From assembly GCF_016433145.1 (NCBI RefSeq), contig NC_058133.1, positions 30,909,084 to 30,973,083 on the forward strand: a DNA stretch of 64,000 nucleotides. The letters run 5' to 3'. The notes under the pieces were generated by a model, which was not told where the DNA came from, ran no database searches, and saw only the letters and a list, made by a program, of their open reading frames with translations. This document shows positions 36,501-50,149 of this stretch, one piece after another; the stretch's first letter is position 1, and every line of letters starts with the position of its first letter. The stretch is from Gracilinanus agilis. Lineage: Eukaryota. Position numbers and translations under genes: made by a program.

Positions 36501-38407
36501 AAAAGCTGATAAAGGGTTAAATGTGCACAAATAATTGAGTTCACCTTGTTGCCTTCTCAATAGATGGGGCAGGGCTAGAGAGAGGAAAAGAATTTGAAAC
36601 TCGAAAAAAATTTTTTAAATTAAGAATAAAAATAAATGTAAAATAAATAGTAATTTTTAATAGGGCCAAATGTGCTCTGCTTCCATGTAGTATAGAAGAG
36701 AGGCGGGTGAGGGCACATTTCAGCCTCCAGGGAGGAATCAATGAAGGTGAGCTTTCAGGAAGCACCACAGGCTGGGGGCAGATATTTGGGGAAATCAAAA
36801 AAGCCTCAGGGAACACCTGCCCCATCCACACCGACTGCGTCCTAGACTATTAGAAGGGCTGAGTGTGTCTCAGGATCTTTAGACCTGGATGCGGGAAGAG
36901 CTAGGTTCAAATCCCATCCCAGCATTTACTGGTGTGACTCTGGTCATGTCATCCCACTTCCCTGACCCTCAGTTTGCCTCATCTATAAAATGGTCATAAT
37001 CATCATTCTACCTGCCTGACCGAGTTGTTTTAAGAATCAGATGAAATGATCTGTGTAGCAGGGGTGGCATAGGACACGAGCAGATTGGCAACCCTGAGAG
37101 TCAAAGCCATAGTATTATTAGTACCACAGAATCTTGGAAATACAATCATAGACTCTTAGACCCTTATAATCACAGATTTTTTTAAAAAATCATTGGCTCT
37201 TAGAGTCATAGAAGGAATCTTTGGGGTCATCAGGTCCAATTCTCTCTTTTACAGATGGGGAAACTGAGGCATAGAGACATTAAGTGATTTTTCCAGGGTC
37301 CCCCCTGAAGCCTAGTGACACCTAGGATGAGGGATGAGGGAGAGCTCCTCTGAGCCCGCTTGTCTCCTGTCACCAAAGGTCCTCTTTAGCCTGCAAGCAG
37401 GGCTGGAGATGGGCCCCAGTTTATGGATTGTTTGAGGTGGAGGAGGCCAGCCATGGAGAAGCAAGGATTGTCTTCCCTTGGCTCTTCCTCTAACCTGTCC
37501 ATCCTTGCTCAGTTCTCCTGGGAGTTTCCTCCCCAACACCTGAGTCCAGGAGCCTCCTGGGGTCCAGCCGCACCCCATCCAGGGCAGCCTGTGCTCTCTC
37601 TCCCTCGCACATCATCGCTCATGATGGGGCCAGGCCCACCCAGCCCATGTGCAATGAATTAGGGCCCCTCGTGAGCATCCCAGGTTCCGGAGGGGGAGAC
37701 GTGCCGCTGATGGGACTGTCTCTCCCTGGCATCGAGCTGTCAGTTTTCCAGGCACGGCTCAGCCTGGGGTCCTGGGGTCTGTTCTCTCCCCTCCTCCTAA
37801 TGCAGCAAAAGCTCTGTGGAGAGGATCGGGTAACTGCTAATCATTGCAAGGAGAGGCTGCTCTGCAATCTGATTAACCCTTCTTGAGATGGAATCGGGAG
37901 TCAGGGTGGAGGGCCTCAGAGCAGAGGAACCCTGTGCCATAGACTGCTTCGAGCATCTGCTCTGCCCAGGGCCCTGGCGTCCACAGAGAAGAGGGGGTCC
38001 CAGATCACAGTGGATACCCTCTCTGCCCTCCCAGAGCTCCCAGGCGAGGAGAGCCAGGTCCCCATAGCTACAGTTCAGAATAATTCCTGACAAAAGAACA
38101 AGAAAGCCTCAAGCAAAGGACTCTGATGTCTAAGAGGAAGACCAAGGCAATCACAGAAGGCTTCCTGAAGGCAGTGGCAGGAATTCCACAGACCAAGAAG
38201 GAAAGGAGGACGCTCTGAGTGGAGGGAGTGATGAGGACAAAAGGAAAGAGAGAGCAGGGGAGGGGGAGGGGGTAAAGAGCCATTCAGTTTGATTGAAGGG
38301 TAGAGTACATGGAGGAGGATAAACTGAGAGAGAACTGGAAACAAGAGTGAGATATCAGATTGGAGAGAGCCTCAAATGGCAGGACTTTGCTCAAAAGGTA
38401 ATAGAGA

Positions 38408-38597
38408 GGGGCAGCTGGGTAGCTCAGTGGATTGAGAGCCAGGCCTAGAGACTGGAGGTCCTAGGTTCAAATCTGACCTCAGACACTTCCCAGCTGTGTG
38501 ACCCTGGGCAAGTCACTTGACCCCCATTGCCTACCCTTACCACTCTTCTACCTAGGAGCCAATACACAGAAGTTAAGGGTTTAAAATTTAAAAAAAA
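38408..38597 (+). mobile_element. Young SINE1_Mdo-type SINE with 15-bp TSD
   Basis: TSD AAAAGGTAATAGAGA at 38393-38407 and 38598-38612. Confidence 0.95.
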
Positions 38598-40704
38598 AAA
38601 AGGTAATAGAGATCCAAGGGATGTCTTTGAGCAGAGGAATGACGCGATCGGGTCTGTACCCAAGAGAGATCATTCTAGAGGAAGCTCAGTGGATTGAGAA
38701 TCAGGTCTAGGGACGGGAGGTTCAAATCTGGCCTCGAACACTTCCTAACTGTGTGACCCTGGGCAAGTCACTTAACGCCCATTGCCTGGCCCTTGCAGCT
38801 TTTCTGCCTTAGAACCAACCCAGTATTGATTTCAAGACAAAGTGAGGGTTAAAAAAAAATAATCCCCCCCAGTCTATGGGAAAGATGGCGTTTATACATA
38901 GGAGACAGAAGGCAAGGTAATGGGAGGTTGAATCAGGTCCTGGTCTCTAAGAAGATCAGAAAAGCCAGAGGTCAATGAGAGGTAGCAAAGATTGGACTTA
39001 TATCCAGGAAAATCTGGGCTCACCATCAAGTGCCTGTGTGGCCTCAAGAAAGTTAGCTAATCTCTCTTGGCTTCCATTTCATCCTCTCTAAAATAATGGG
39101 TTTGAACTAGATGACCTCTTTCCAGATCTAAATCTCTGTTGCTACAATCCTCAGGTGCTCTTTTGATTTTAGAATGCTATCCTAGTCTTCCCTGAGCCTC
39201 AGTTTCCTTATCTGTAAAATGGGGGTAAGAGTGTGCCCTACAAACCTCACAGGACTATTGTGAGGAAAGATTTTTGTGAATCCTAAAGTTTCAGAAAACT
39301 GTATTTGGAAACACCAGGAAAATATTCCATCTTCCTGTGATGAGGAGGTGAAATGCACAGGTGTAAAGGGGAAACTAAGGCTCGAGGAAGAATTGGATGG
39401 AATTCTAAAGTCAAAAGAAACCTTGAGGATCATAGCAGCAGAGATTTAGAGCTGGAAACATACTTGCTGAGTGACCATGGGAAAGTCTCTCATTCTCTTC
39501 TTCTATTGGAAAAAAGGGTGGGGAACAAAACACTTCACAAGATTGGGGAGGATTCCACCAGTGAAAGGGCCTAAACCAAAAATCAGGAGACCTTGATTCT
39601 AGTCTGGGTTCTGCCACTCACTCATTGGAACATTTCTCCCTCTCTCAGCCTCAGTTTCCTCTTTCTCCAGGGTCTCACTGCCACCAAGAAGCGTATGGAA
39701 AAAGTTATTCAAATACCTGACAGGCGTACAGGGCAATTCCCAATACCCCCTGTAGTGAAAACACTTTGCACCTCCCAAAATTTGTTCAGGGGACAGAAAC
39801 AAGATGGCAGAGGGAAGCCAGAATTTTTGCTGAAAACCTCGTCAAATTCTATGCTTTTCAGCGACGTCCTGGTGAGCCTGGTTTTATAAGCAGAGGCTAT
39901 AAAAGGAGACAGATGAGCTCTAAGGCACGTGCTGTGCCATTTGTTTGGGAAATAAGTGAATACAAATTTTATTTCATCCCATAATGAGTCTATTGATGAA
40001 AAGGGAGAGAGAGAAGTTTGAAGCAGTGTCCATCCACAAAAGGAAGAAAAAAAGAAAAGAACAAGAAGGCAGAGGGACCATTAAGTAACTTAATTGAAAA
40101 AAGACAACTCTGGGGTTTCAGCCTTGCCAGCCACAGTGGAGATGCACTGCTAGGCTGTAATCTGGGTCTGTCATCTTCTCCCTTTTAGGCTTTGCCAAAC
40201 CACTCAGACTGAGCTCCAACTTGATGGGAATTACGTCACCAGCAGGCAGTGAAAGGGTTCCCCAAGCTGAACCGTGTTTGTGCTGATAAATTGATCCTAC
40301 AAGGGCCTTTGATACCAAGCTGGCCTGAAGCCCAGAACCAGAGCTGAAGCCAGAGGAATCTGACAAGAAGATCAAGTTCAGAGCGTTGGAAAGAAGCGTT
40401 CTGCTTCAGCCTCAACGGACACTGGTGGGAAAGGGAGAAAGGAATCCTGGCTCCCACACTTTTGGGGGGACCCTGGGATCCATGTGGTTCAGTTTCCTCA
40501 TCTGTAAATTCTAATCACAGAATTGCAGTTGGAAGGGGTCTCAGAGACCATCTAGTCTAAGCTGTTCCTGAAGGCAACGACAAGTGCTCTTACAAGTGAC
40601 CTCCAAGCATTTGCTTTTAGACTGCCATCAAGTGGGGAACCAATTGCCTTCCAAGAAACCAGTCCTACTCAGGGATAATTCTAATCCTTAAAATGGGTCC
40701 TTGA

Positions 40705-41117
40705 GAGCAGAACCAGGAGGACCTTGTACACAGAGACCGATACACTGTGGCACAATCCAACATAATAGATTTCTCTACTAGATGCAACACAATAATTTAG
40801 GACAATGCAGAGGGACCTATGAGAAAGAGCACTATCCACATCCAGAGAAAGAACTGTGGGAGCGGAAACAGAGGAAAAACAAGTGCTTGATCACATGATT
40901 AGATGGGGATATGATTTGGGACGTAGGTTCTAAGCAATCACCCTAATGCAAATATTAATAATATGGAAATAGGTCTTGATCAATGACACATCGATGATCG
41001 ATGGAATTGTTCATTGGCTACGGGAGGGGATGGGAGGAGAGGAGGGAAAGAACATGAAGCATGTAACCATGGAAAAAGATTCCTAATTAATTAATTAAAT
41101 GTAAAGGAAAAAAAAAG
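40705..41117 (+). mobile_element. 5'-truncated L1 (3'UTR plus A tail) with 14-bp TSD
   Basis: TSD AAATGGGTCCTTGA at 40691-40704 and 41118-41131; TT/AAAA endonuclease-type target on the left. Confidence 0.92.
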
Positions 41118-42989
41118 AAATGGGTCCTTGAATGTAGCCTGCATTTGTCCCTTTACAATCCCCCTCCCATTTTTCCTAGGTTTTTTTAAGGTCACAATGT
41201 ATATTTATTCCCCACATGTCACATGCTTCACCAGTTAGAACTGAAGAGTTAAAAACATTGTGGGTGATGATGGATGACAGGATATCTCCATTTTGTTTCC
41301 TGCTAGATTTGTTTCCTTCCAGATTGCTAGTTAGAGGGGAAGCGATATGAGGGCAAGCCCCAGGCACAAAGTCCTTCCAGTCTCTGTACTGGAGGCATAG
41401 CACTGGTCCGTACCCATTACCACTGACTAAAGGCACTTGTCTAATTCCTCCGTCTATGGGATAACAAGGTTCAGTGCCGGTATTCAAACTCAGATCCTCG
41501 AATTCTGAGGCTAAACCTCCAAGGAGAAGAAAGACAAGAAATGGTCCCTGCCAGGAAGAAGCTCATAACAGTATTAGGTACAGAAAACAGTGAAACTAGC
41601 CTGACTTCGGCTGTTCGTACACAATATCCCATCTCTCATCTCATGCCTTTGAACAGGCTGTCCCTCATAGCAGTAAGGTGGCACCTCTTTCCTGCCAACT
41701 CTCAGAACCCCCGGCTTCCCTCAAAGCTCATTCTGGGGTCACCTCCCTTGTAAGACCTTTCCTGATCCCCCTACTTGTTAATTCTCTCTCCCTCTTGGAG
41801 TCTCTTTCCATTCATTTGAATATATTTTCAATTATCTCTAAAAGTCCCATAGATTGGGCCTGGACTTGTGATTTCATTGGTCCTCAGACTTCCTATGGAG
41901 GAGATTCCCTCCTCTCATACAGGTGGACACCTTCCCCCTAAAGAGAAATGGTCTTCTTAAACTACTCCAGTATCTTTGCCAAGAAAACCTCAAATGGTGT
42001 CACAAAGAGTCAGACACGAATGAAAACAACCGAATTACGAAAACTCAAATTGGTTCAGAAGTTTCTGGGCTCCCCTTCCCCGCATGTCCTGAAGCAAATT
42101 CTAAATGACCCCTTTAATGTACACCACAAGAGCTTTATTCAAACCCAGATGGGCAAAGTAGCCTCTAGGATCCTGTCTGTACCTGAGTCTGATCCTCAAA
42201 GTTTAGGATCTGAGAGTCAGAGAGAATCCAGAGGTCCCGCCTATCCATGAGTCGGAACCCCTTTGTCAATATTCTCCACAAAGGGCCATCCAGCCTCTTC
42301 TGGGATACCCCCTGTGAACACTGCCGACCTCTCCAGAAAACTCATTACACTCTTGTGTAGTTCTGATTGTTAGAGATTAAGAGTTTATATTTATCCTTAT
42401 TAAATTTCACTTTATTAGACTTGGCGTGTTGCTTGAGATGTTTTGGGATACTGACTGTCATCCAACATATTAGATATTTCTCCTAGTTTTATGTTCCAGG
42501 CAAATTTAACAAACATGTCTTGATTTTTTTTTTCAAAACCCTCACCTTCCATCTTAGAATCAATAGTGTGTATTGGTTCTAAGGCAGAAGAACAATAAGG
42601 ACTAGGCCATGGGGGTTAAGTGACTTGCCCAGGGTCACACAGTTAGCAAGTGTCTGAGGCCACATTTGAACCCAGGACCTCCCATCACTAGGCCTAACTC
42701 TCAATCCACAGAGCCACGTAGCTGCCCCCACCATTGCCTTGATTTTTTTAAAAAACTGAACAGAAAGGGGCCAAGGACAAATCTCTGAGGAACTCTGCTA
42801 GAGACCTGCCTCCAAACTGATACTCTGAGCTCCTTGAAGGCAGAAACTTTTCCTTTTTTGCTTCTTTTGGTATTGCTGAAGCTTAGCAATGTGCCTGGCA
42901 GATAGTGGGTGTTTAATAAATGCTCATCAACTTGATGTTAATGACCAATCACTCTCTCCACCCTTTCCAAATCCACCTGCTTATCTATC

Positions 42990-43095
42990 AAGCTGTTCTC
43001 TCTTTCTGTCTCTGTCTCTGTTTCTGTCTGTCTTTCTCTCTGTCTCTGTCTGTGTGTCTGTCTTTCTCTCTGTCTCTGTCTGTCTGTCTCTCTCC
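42990..43095. repeat. (TCTG/TC)n low-complexity repeat
   Basis: TCTGTCTCTG units. Confidence 0.9.
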
Positions 43096-46000
43096 CACAC
43101 AGAGAACACCTGAGACTATATTGAAAGCTTTCCTGGCCTGTAGCCCTTCTACATCCCCAGCATTTCTCTAATCTACCAATCAGAAAAGGAAATCAAGTTA
43201 CTGGTTACTGCAGAACCTATGCTGGTTTTCTGTGATCACCTCTTTCCAAGTGGCTCCTTTAATCGGATGTTGCCTGAAGCCTGCATCCACAAGATCAGGA
43301 TCAAAATAGAGAGGGTCTAATCAAGGGCGTGCCCTATTCCCAAATCATAACACGCTGGTCCATTTTGCCCTTAACCAAAGTTTCCTCCTGGGAATCTCAG
43401 GACGTAGTTTAAAATATAGTTCTCAAAGCCCCCACAGATGAGACTAAGAGGGTGCCTGAATCCCATGCAAGCACGAAGGATGCTAAAGTATATTTCACCT
43501 CATAAAAAATGTAAAAAGTGCATAAAGAGCCCTAAATAATCATCATCATCATCCTAACTCTCTAGGGAGAAGATGCTACTGAAGATTTCTCCCCCACCCC
43601 CTAAGGACTTTATAGCCTCATTTTCTACTCTGTGGTTTAGACTCCATTTGGAAGCTTAGCAAATTTGGGGCTATTAGAGGCCAACCCAAGCAACCCCTCA
43701 ATAGTCTGGTGAGCAGGAACTCAGGGTCAGGGAATGATCCCCTTCTCTAGGAAGAGAATGGAGTCCTACGACTCCATCCTCCCCTGGGCCATGTGGGGAA
43801 GGGTTGTGGCCACTGCCAGGGCCTCTCACAATGGCCTCGTGTGACTGTCATGTTCCTCTGCCCTTGGTCTCTCCTGGAGGTAGCTTAGAGTTAGGTCCAC
43901 CCTGAGGTCTGTGGTACCTGATCCATGCTTAGCTCTTCCTCTTTGACTCTAAAAAAGGGAGAAAATGGGCTGCCTTTGTGACTGATCAAGGGGTAGTTCC
44001 TTCCACCATGGTTTGAACTAGCTAATCATACCATCTTCATGGAGGCATTATGGGGGCACCCCTGGTCCCCAGTCCCAAATAGCTCATCCAAGGGACCTGG
44101 AGCAATCCCCTACAAAGACATTTGCACATTTTCCTAGAAACTGAATTCAAAGAGCATCTAGGTAGCTCAATGGATTGAGAGCCAGACCTAGAGACTGAAG
44201 GTTCTGAGTTCAAATCTAGCCTCAGACACTTCCTAGTTGTGTGATCCTGGGCAAGTCACTTCCCCCCATGGCCTAGCCCTTACTGTTCTTCTGCCTTAGA
44301 ACCAATATACAGTATTGATTCTGAGATGGAAGCTATAGAGTTTTTATGTTAATAAAAAGTAAAAGAGATTGAATTCTAGCTGTAGTTTACAGGTCATCAA
44401 TAGTGCCCAGATACCAAGAGGGTCTATATCACAAAAAAGATGAAAGGTTCTTAGACTTGATGGCTGGCTCTTCATCTAGGATCCTATATCACTGCTGTAC
44501 ACTTAGGGAAACTGAGTCTTAGAGTGAAGTGATTCCCCCAAGTCATTCAGCTATTCAATGCCTGAATGAGGACTCGAACCCTAGTCACCCACCCTTGTTC
44601 TTTCTGAAAAGCCTCGGGTCTATTCCTAGCAGCCTGGCCAGACACGGCTCTTCTCCAAACACCCTCAGTAGAATCCAAGGGACTGGAGTGAATTAGGGCT
44701 CCCTGACTCTCCCTGCCCCCCCGCACTCTCCCCCTCCCCATTCTCCTGCTTTCAGCTCCCCAGATCTCCTTTCCTGAAGTCATCGCTCCGGCTCCCAGCC
44801 CAGCCAGGCCTGCGGACTCATCCCCTGCTAATCAGTCGCATCCCTCCTTCAAAGTCCTCAGCCTTGATTACCCACCGCAGAATGACAGGCTCTGAGCTGA
44901 AAGGAACAAGACTTCTGTGGACCAGAAACAACTGTTTTCCCCGTTCCTTCCCGGCTTCGACCTGCTCCCATTTCAGAGTTAACACTTGCCTCTCCGGATG
45001 TCTCTGCCCCTGCTAGGAAGCCTCTGAATTCTGGGCCGAATCGTGGTCCCGTTGAACAGGATGGACCCCAGCCAGCCTCTTCTTGTCACTGAAGGTGACT
45101 AGAAAGTGAGCGCTAGAAGGAGCAGAAGAACCTCAGAGACCTTCCAGGATGACCCAGTCCTGAGGAAGAATCCCTTTGCTGAGTGTAGACAGATGGGATT
45201 CGGATCTTAGCAGAGTGCTGGGCACACAGTAGGTGCTGGAGCACCAACTGAAAACTCAATGAAATGTCAACCAATAGAAAACTGAAGAAAAGGCATCAGG
45301 AAAACCTGATGATCACAAGAACACAGATTCAGGGCAAGAGACGGAGAACCCTTCTTGTCTAAGTCCCTCATCTTGTAGAGAAGAAAATGGAATCTTAGAG
45401 AAGGGATGGGATTGGATCCCTGATTCGAACCTAGATCTCGGGTCTCCTACAGCCCTCAACTTTTCTTTCAATAAAGAGAAAAATCTTGACAAAATAAGCC
45501 CCTTTTCCCCAAGTAAGATGGAAGCCTTCACCGATGTCCTCGAATCATGAGTGGTGCAGAGGTCATCATGACCCGGAGCTCTCAGAGCCTCCACAGGAAA
45601 CAATAGCTCTGGTAGGTCTTACTGGGCTGCCCAGACTTTGTGTATTGGGGGGAGTCAGTCATCTAAGGACAAGACAAGCTCAGCTTGGAAGGACTCCTCA
45701 CCAGAGGCTGGCCACGGCGGCCACAATGCACCGACTGCTGAGGTACGGAGGAAGGATGTGGAATCTCTCCTGGTAGGGAAGAGATTCACCCGGAGGATGT
45801 CACAAATACAGGGGCATTGCGTCCATTCCCCGGAAGGGCTATACTGCCTTTGGTGGGCGGCACCCAGAGGACAGGGTCCAGGTTCAGGTCGACCCTATAT
45901 TTTAAGCCAAATGTTGCCAAAAATGGGAGCAACCAAGGGAAAGTGACTAAGAACCAACATTTGTGAAGTGGCTGCTATATGCCAAGCACTAGAGAGGCTA

Positions 46001-48309
46001 GAGAAGAATCCAAAATATGAAGATCCATTGAAGAAGCTGGGATGTTTGATTAAGAGAAGACTTAGGGGGGAAGAGAGGATGTGCAGCAATTATAGTGCAT
46101 GTATATAGCATGCATGTCATTGGCATGTTCATATATGGCATGTGTCACATATGTGCCCAGAACGTTGGAGATGGTTGTGTAGAAAAAGACTGGAATTTTC
46201 TACTGGGCTTCCCCTTGGTCAAAACTCTGAAGGACTACAGAGTTGTCTGCTGTGAATACTGCTCAGATAATATGGCTGTCTAGTCCATCCCTTTGACTTC
46301 CCTTTTGAAGATGAGGAAACTGAGGCTCAGAGTGGACTTTGCCCAAGATAACAGTCAGCCAACCAACCAACATACATTTATTAAATGTGTCCTCTGTGCC
46401 AAGCACCGTGCTGGGCTCTGGAGCTCCAAAGCAAGACAAAAACCTGGTCCCTAGTCCGAGACGAGCGCCCAGTGTAGGATTTCTTATTCTAAATAGATTC
46501 GTAGGTTGGAGCAGAGGGCAACTAGAGGACTGGCCTCTCCATCTCTGCTGGCTGAGGAAGGGAGAGGGGCCTGTCTTTTCCTGAGGCTTTCTTTCCCTCT
46601 TTTCCCAAGTCTTTGGCTAGATCCCCAGGGCAAGGGACAGGAACTGGTGGGGGAGCAACAGCCTCGGAGAGATTGATGCCATTTAAGTAGACACGGAGTG
46701 AGAAGGACAAGGTAAGTCAATATTTGTCCATGCTAGTCAAAGAGCTCAGCCTTCCACCCAGGAATGCGGGGGAGGCCCAGCACTCAGCTGCCCCGGACTT
46801 CAACACACACATATTTGGAGTCCAGAGCTAGATCGTCGGGCTTTTTTCTTCCATCCCTCATTTATCCTCAGGGACAGAGAAAACAGAGGATTAACTCTGC
46901 CTGTCAGTACAGTGCCTGGTGTGAGGCGGGGAAATTGTGAGGGATGAAAAGGAGAATTCTAGAATGCTGGATGAGGAAAGGCCCGCCTCATCCCTCTCCT
47001 TGTACAGAGAAAAGGTGCAAAGAAGGTACAGGACTCGCTTAAGGTCACAAAGGGAGAGAAAGGGGCAGAGCCAAAGCCTTTGGAAAGAGCATTCTACCTG
47101 CTGGAAGGCTTCTCTCGTTCGATTCCAAAGCACCTTCCTTCCAAGCCCCCCACTGAGGAAGGTAGTATTAGCCCCATTTTCCAGAAGCAGAAATTGAAAG
47201 AGGTAAAGGGACTTAGCCAAAATCACTCAGGGGTTTTCTAGAAAAAGCAAAATGAGAATTCCGATCTCCTGCCTCCCAGTGCCCTTTTCTACCCCCACCA
47301 AATAATACACGCACCAAGTGTTACTTCTTAGGGTATTTTCTTTAAAAACACACACAAGTGCTGCCCTGGTGCCCATGGAATGTTCCGTGACCTCAGGGAA
47401 GGTCAGCCTCCAAAACGTCAGGCTGATCCTTCATGGAGAACACATTGAAAGGCACAGTCGTCACACCAAATGGAAAGGTGTGGAGGGCTAGAAAGTCTTC
47501 CCATGAAGGGAGGACCCCTATCCATGAGGGCACCGAGCCATCAAAGAGCCCACATATTGACATTTTCTTGAATAAAAAAAACAAAAAGCTAATGCTTATT
47601 TTGCAATGGCAAAACATAAATTAATTAACTTTGCTGTCTAATTATTGACACAAAATACTCAGCCAGAACAAGAGAAGAAAAACTTATTATGAATTGGTGA
47701 ACTCTGACACTTACCAGATGTTTAGCCTGAAGAAGAGAAGATCTGGAACAGGGAACAGGGATGATGACTGTCTTCAAGGATCAGAAAGCTTTTCTCAAAG
47801 AAAAAGGCTTTAGCCTTCCTCTACTTGGCCCCACAGGGCAGAATTAGGAGTAATGGATGAAAGTTGCAAAAAGGTATGTTTAAAAAAAAAATGGTTTTTT
47901 CCAGCATTTCGAACTATCCAAAGACAGAATGGGCTCCTTCAAGAGAATGAGCATCCAGTCCCTGGAAGTCTTCAAGAAGAGGCTAGAAAACCATGTTTTC
48001 GATATTTGTGTAGGGCAGTCTTGGTCATTATTCGTTGGACTTTCATCTGAACTGTTTTGCGATTCTATCGATATTTCTAGTGACAGGGAACTCGCTATTT
48101 TGCAAGCAAAGGGCAACCCCTCCAATTTAGAGAAAATTCTTCCTTCTGATGCCTGGAAATCTGCCTCCCTGCCATTCTCATTCTTTTCTCGACTGGCCTT
48201 GCTCCTTTCTTAGAAGAGGTAGCAGTGAAGATATCATGGAAAGAAAACAATGTTGGAGGGACTGAAAAACAAGAATGCTAATAAATAGTTGATAGAGTTG
48301 GGAATCAAT

Positions 48310-48900
48310 CCAACTATTATGAAAAGTGGTTTGGAATCATGGGAAGAAAATGACTAAAATGTTCATGATCTTCAACCCAGAGATCTTATTGCTAAGCCTA
48401 TACCCCAAGGAAGTCAGACAGAAAGGTCATATGTACAACAAATTATTCATAACAACACATTTGTGGAGGCAAAAAATGGAAACAAAATAATTGGGAAATA
48501 GCTAAACAAGCTAGAATCAAAATAATTGGGGAATGCCTAACAAATTGTAATACATAAGGAAAATGTCATACATAAGGAAAATCACTGCGTTAAGAAAAGA
48601 TAAATATGGAGAATTCAGAAATTCAAGAGAAAATTTACATGAACTGACACAAAGTGCTGTAAGCAGAACCAGAAAAACAACATGAAATGACTACAACAAT
48701 GAAAATGGAAAAAAAAATTTTAATCTTAACTCCAAGTATTATTAATAACCAAGTCTGGCTCCAAAGAAGAGATGAATAAATGAATCTCTCTCCCTCTTTA
48801 AGGAGGGCTACACATGTGGAACAATACATATTATTTCACATTCTATTAATGTATCTGTTTACCTGAATTACCTTTTTTTCCTCTCCTTGTTCTAAGGTAT
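48310..48900 (+). mobile_element. Old L1 3' fragment
   Basis: TATACCCCAAGGAAGTC...TTACATGAACTGACACAAAGTG...AGCAGAACCAG; a similar fragment lies at about 58220-58720. Confidence 0.75.
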
Positions 48901-50090
48901 TCCTCTCAGAGGATGAGAAAGGAGAAGGGGGCAATAAATTTGGAAATGATAGTGATGTAAAAATAAAAGACAGCAACAAAAACATTTTGACAGCTAAAAG
49001 AAAGGGGTGGTGTTTGTGTAAGTGTACTGGACTAGATTGAATTGAAGTGGATTAAACTAGAGGTCAAGTTGTAGCCTTAGTTCCCAGAGAGTACCACAGT
49101 CAGAAGACCCAGGGTTGATCTGGAGGTTATGACAGTGGTCAGATGATGTAGAGCTGGAAGAGACCTTAGAGATCATTTATTCTAACCCTTGCTAGTAAAT
49201 ATTGGTTCCAAAGCAGAAGAGCAGTAAGGGCTAGGCAATAGAGGTTAAGGGACCTACCCAGTGTCACACAGCTGGGAAGTATCTGAGACCCCATTTGAAC
49301 CTAAGACCTCCCACCTCTTGGCTTGGCTCTCCATCCACTGAGCCATCTAGCTGCCTACCTCCCCACTCCATCCCTGCCTCCATTTTGAAGAAGAAACTGA
49401 GGCTAATAGAAGGAAAGGGATTTTCACAGGTTCACATGGGATTCAAAACTAGTATCCAGGATTCTTGTGGTATTTTTCTTCTACAAAGCAATGAAGTCCA
49501 GATTTAGCATGCCCAAGAAAAGGAGATCTTGAATGTAAAGTCTCTTTTTCAGCAGGACGAAGCTGAAAAGTGAGGATCATGATCCCTACTCAACTGTTCT
49601 CACAAGGGTGCTGTAAGGAACACGTTTTGTAAACCCCAACAGTAGTATAGAAATAGGAGCTGCGGTGTGCTTCCTACACAGGAAGGAGCCTATAAATCCT
49701 CCCCCAGGGCAAAACAGAGGAGTGTAGAACTAGCACTGGACAGAAAGGGGGGTAAATTCTGAACGAAGATAGAGCTATGAAAAGCAAAGCTAGAAATCAC
49801 TTGTACTGATGATGTGAGACAAGTCAGCGCAGTTCTCCTGAGAAAGGATATTGTTCTGTTGATGGCTGTTGAGTGCAGTTAGGGGGTGCCACTATACAAA
49901 GAGTCAGGAAATCCTGAGTTCAAATTCAGATTCAAAGCATTCCTAGCTGTGTGAACCTGGGCAAGACAAACTGTCTTTTTCCTCAACTTTGAAATGGAGA
50001 TAATAAAAAGACCCACCTCCTAGAGTGATTGTGAGGATCAAATGAGATCATTATAAAGCATTTAGCACAGAATTTAGCACCTATAAATTC

Positions 50091-50117
50091 TAGTAGTAGT
50101 AGTAGTAGTAGTAGTAG

Positions 50118-50148
<31 letters not shown>
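50091..50148. repeat. Compound (TAG)n(TTG)n microsatellite at the 3' end of the adjacent L1
   Basis: Direct reading; it sits where the L1 A-tail would be on the minus strand. Confidence 0.95.
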
Positions 50149-50149
50149 C

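Noticed and set aside
39671-39931. Exon-like segment plus TATAAAA (39898) and CACGTG
   Set aside because: The acceptor derives from a MIR, the translation is unrecognisable, and the motifs are isolated.
43160-44880. Scattered TAATC homeodomain cores (also near 37800-37880)
   Set aside because: A 5-mer is expected more than 100 times in this window, so enrichment cannot be claimed without a count.
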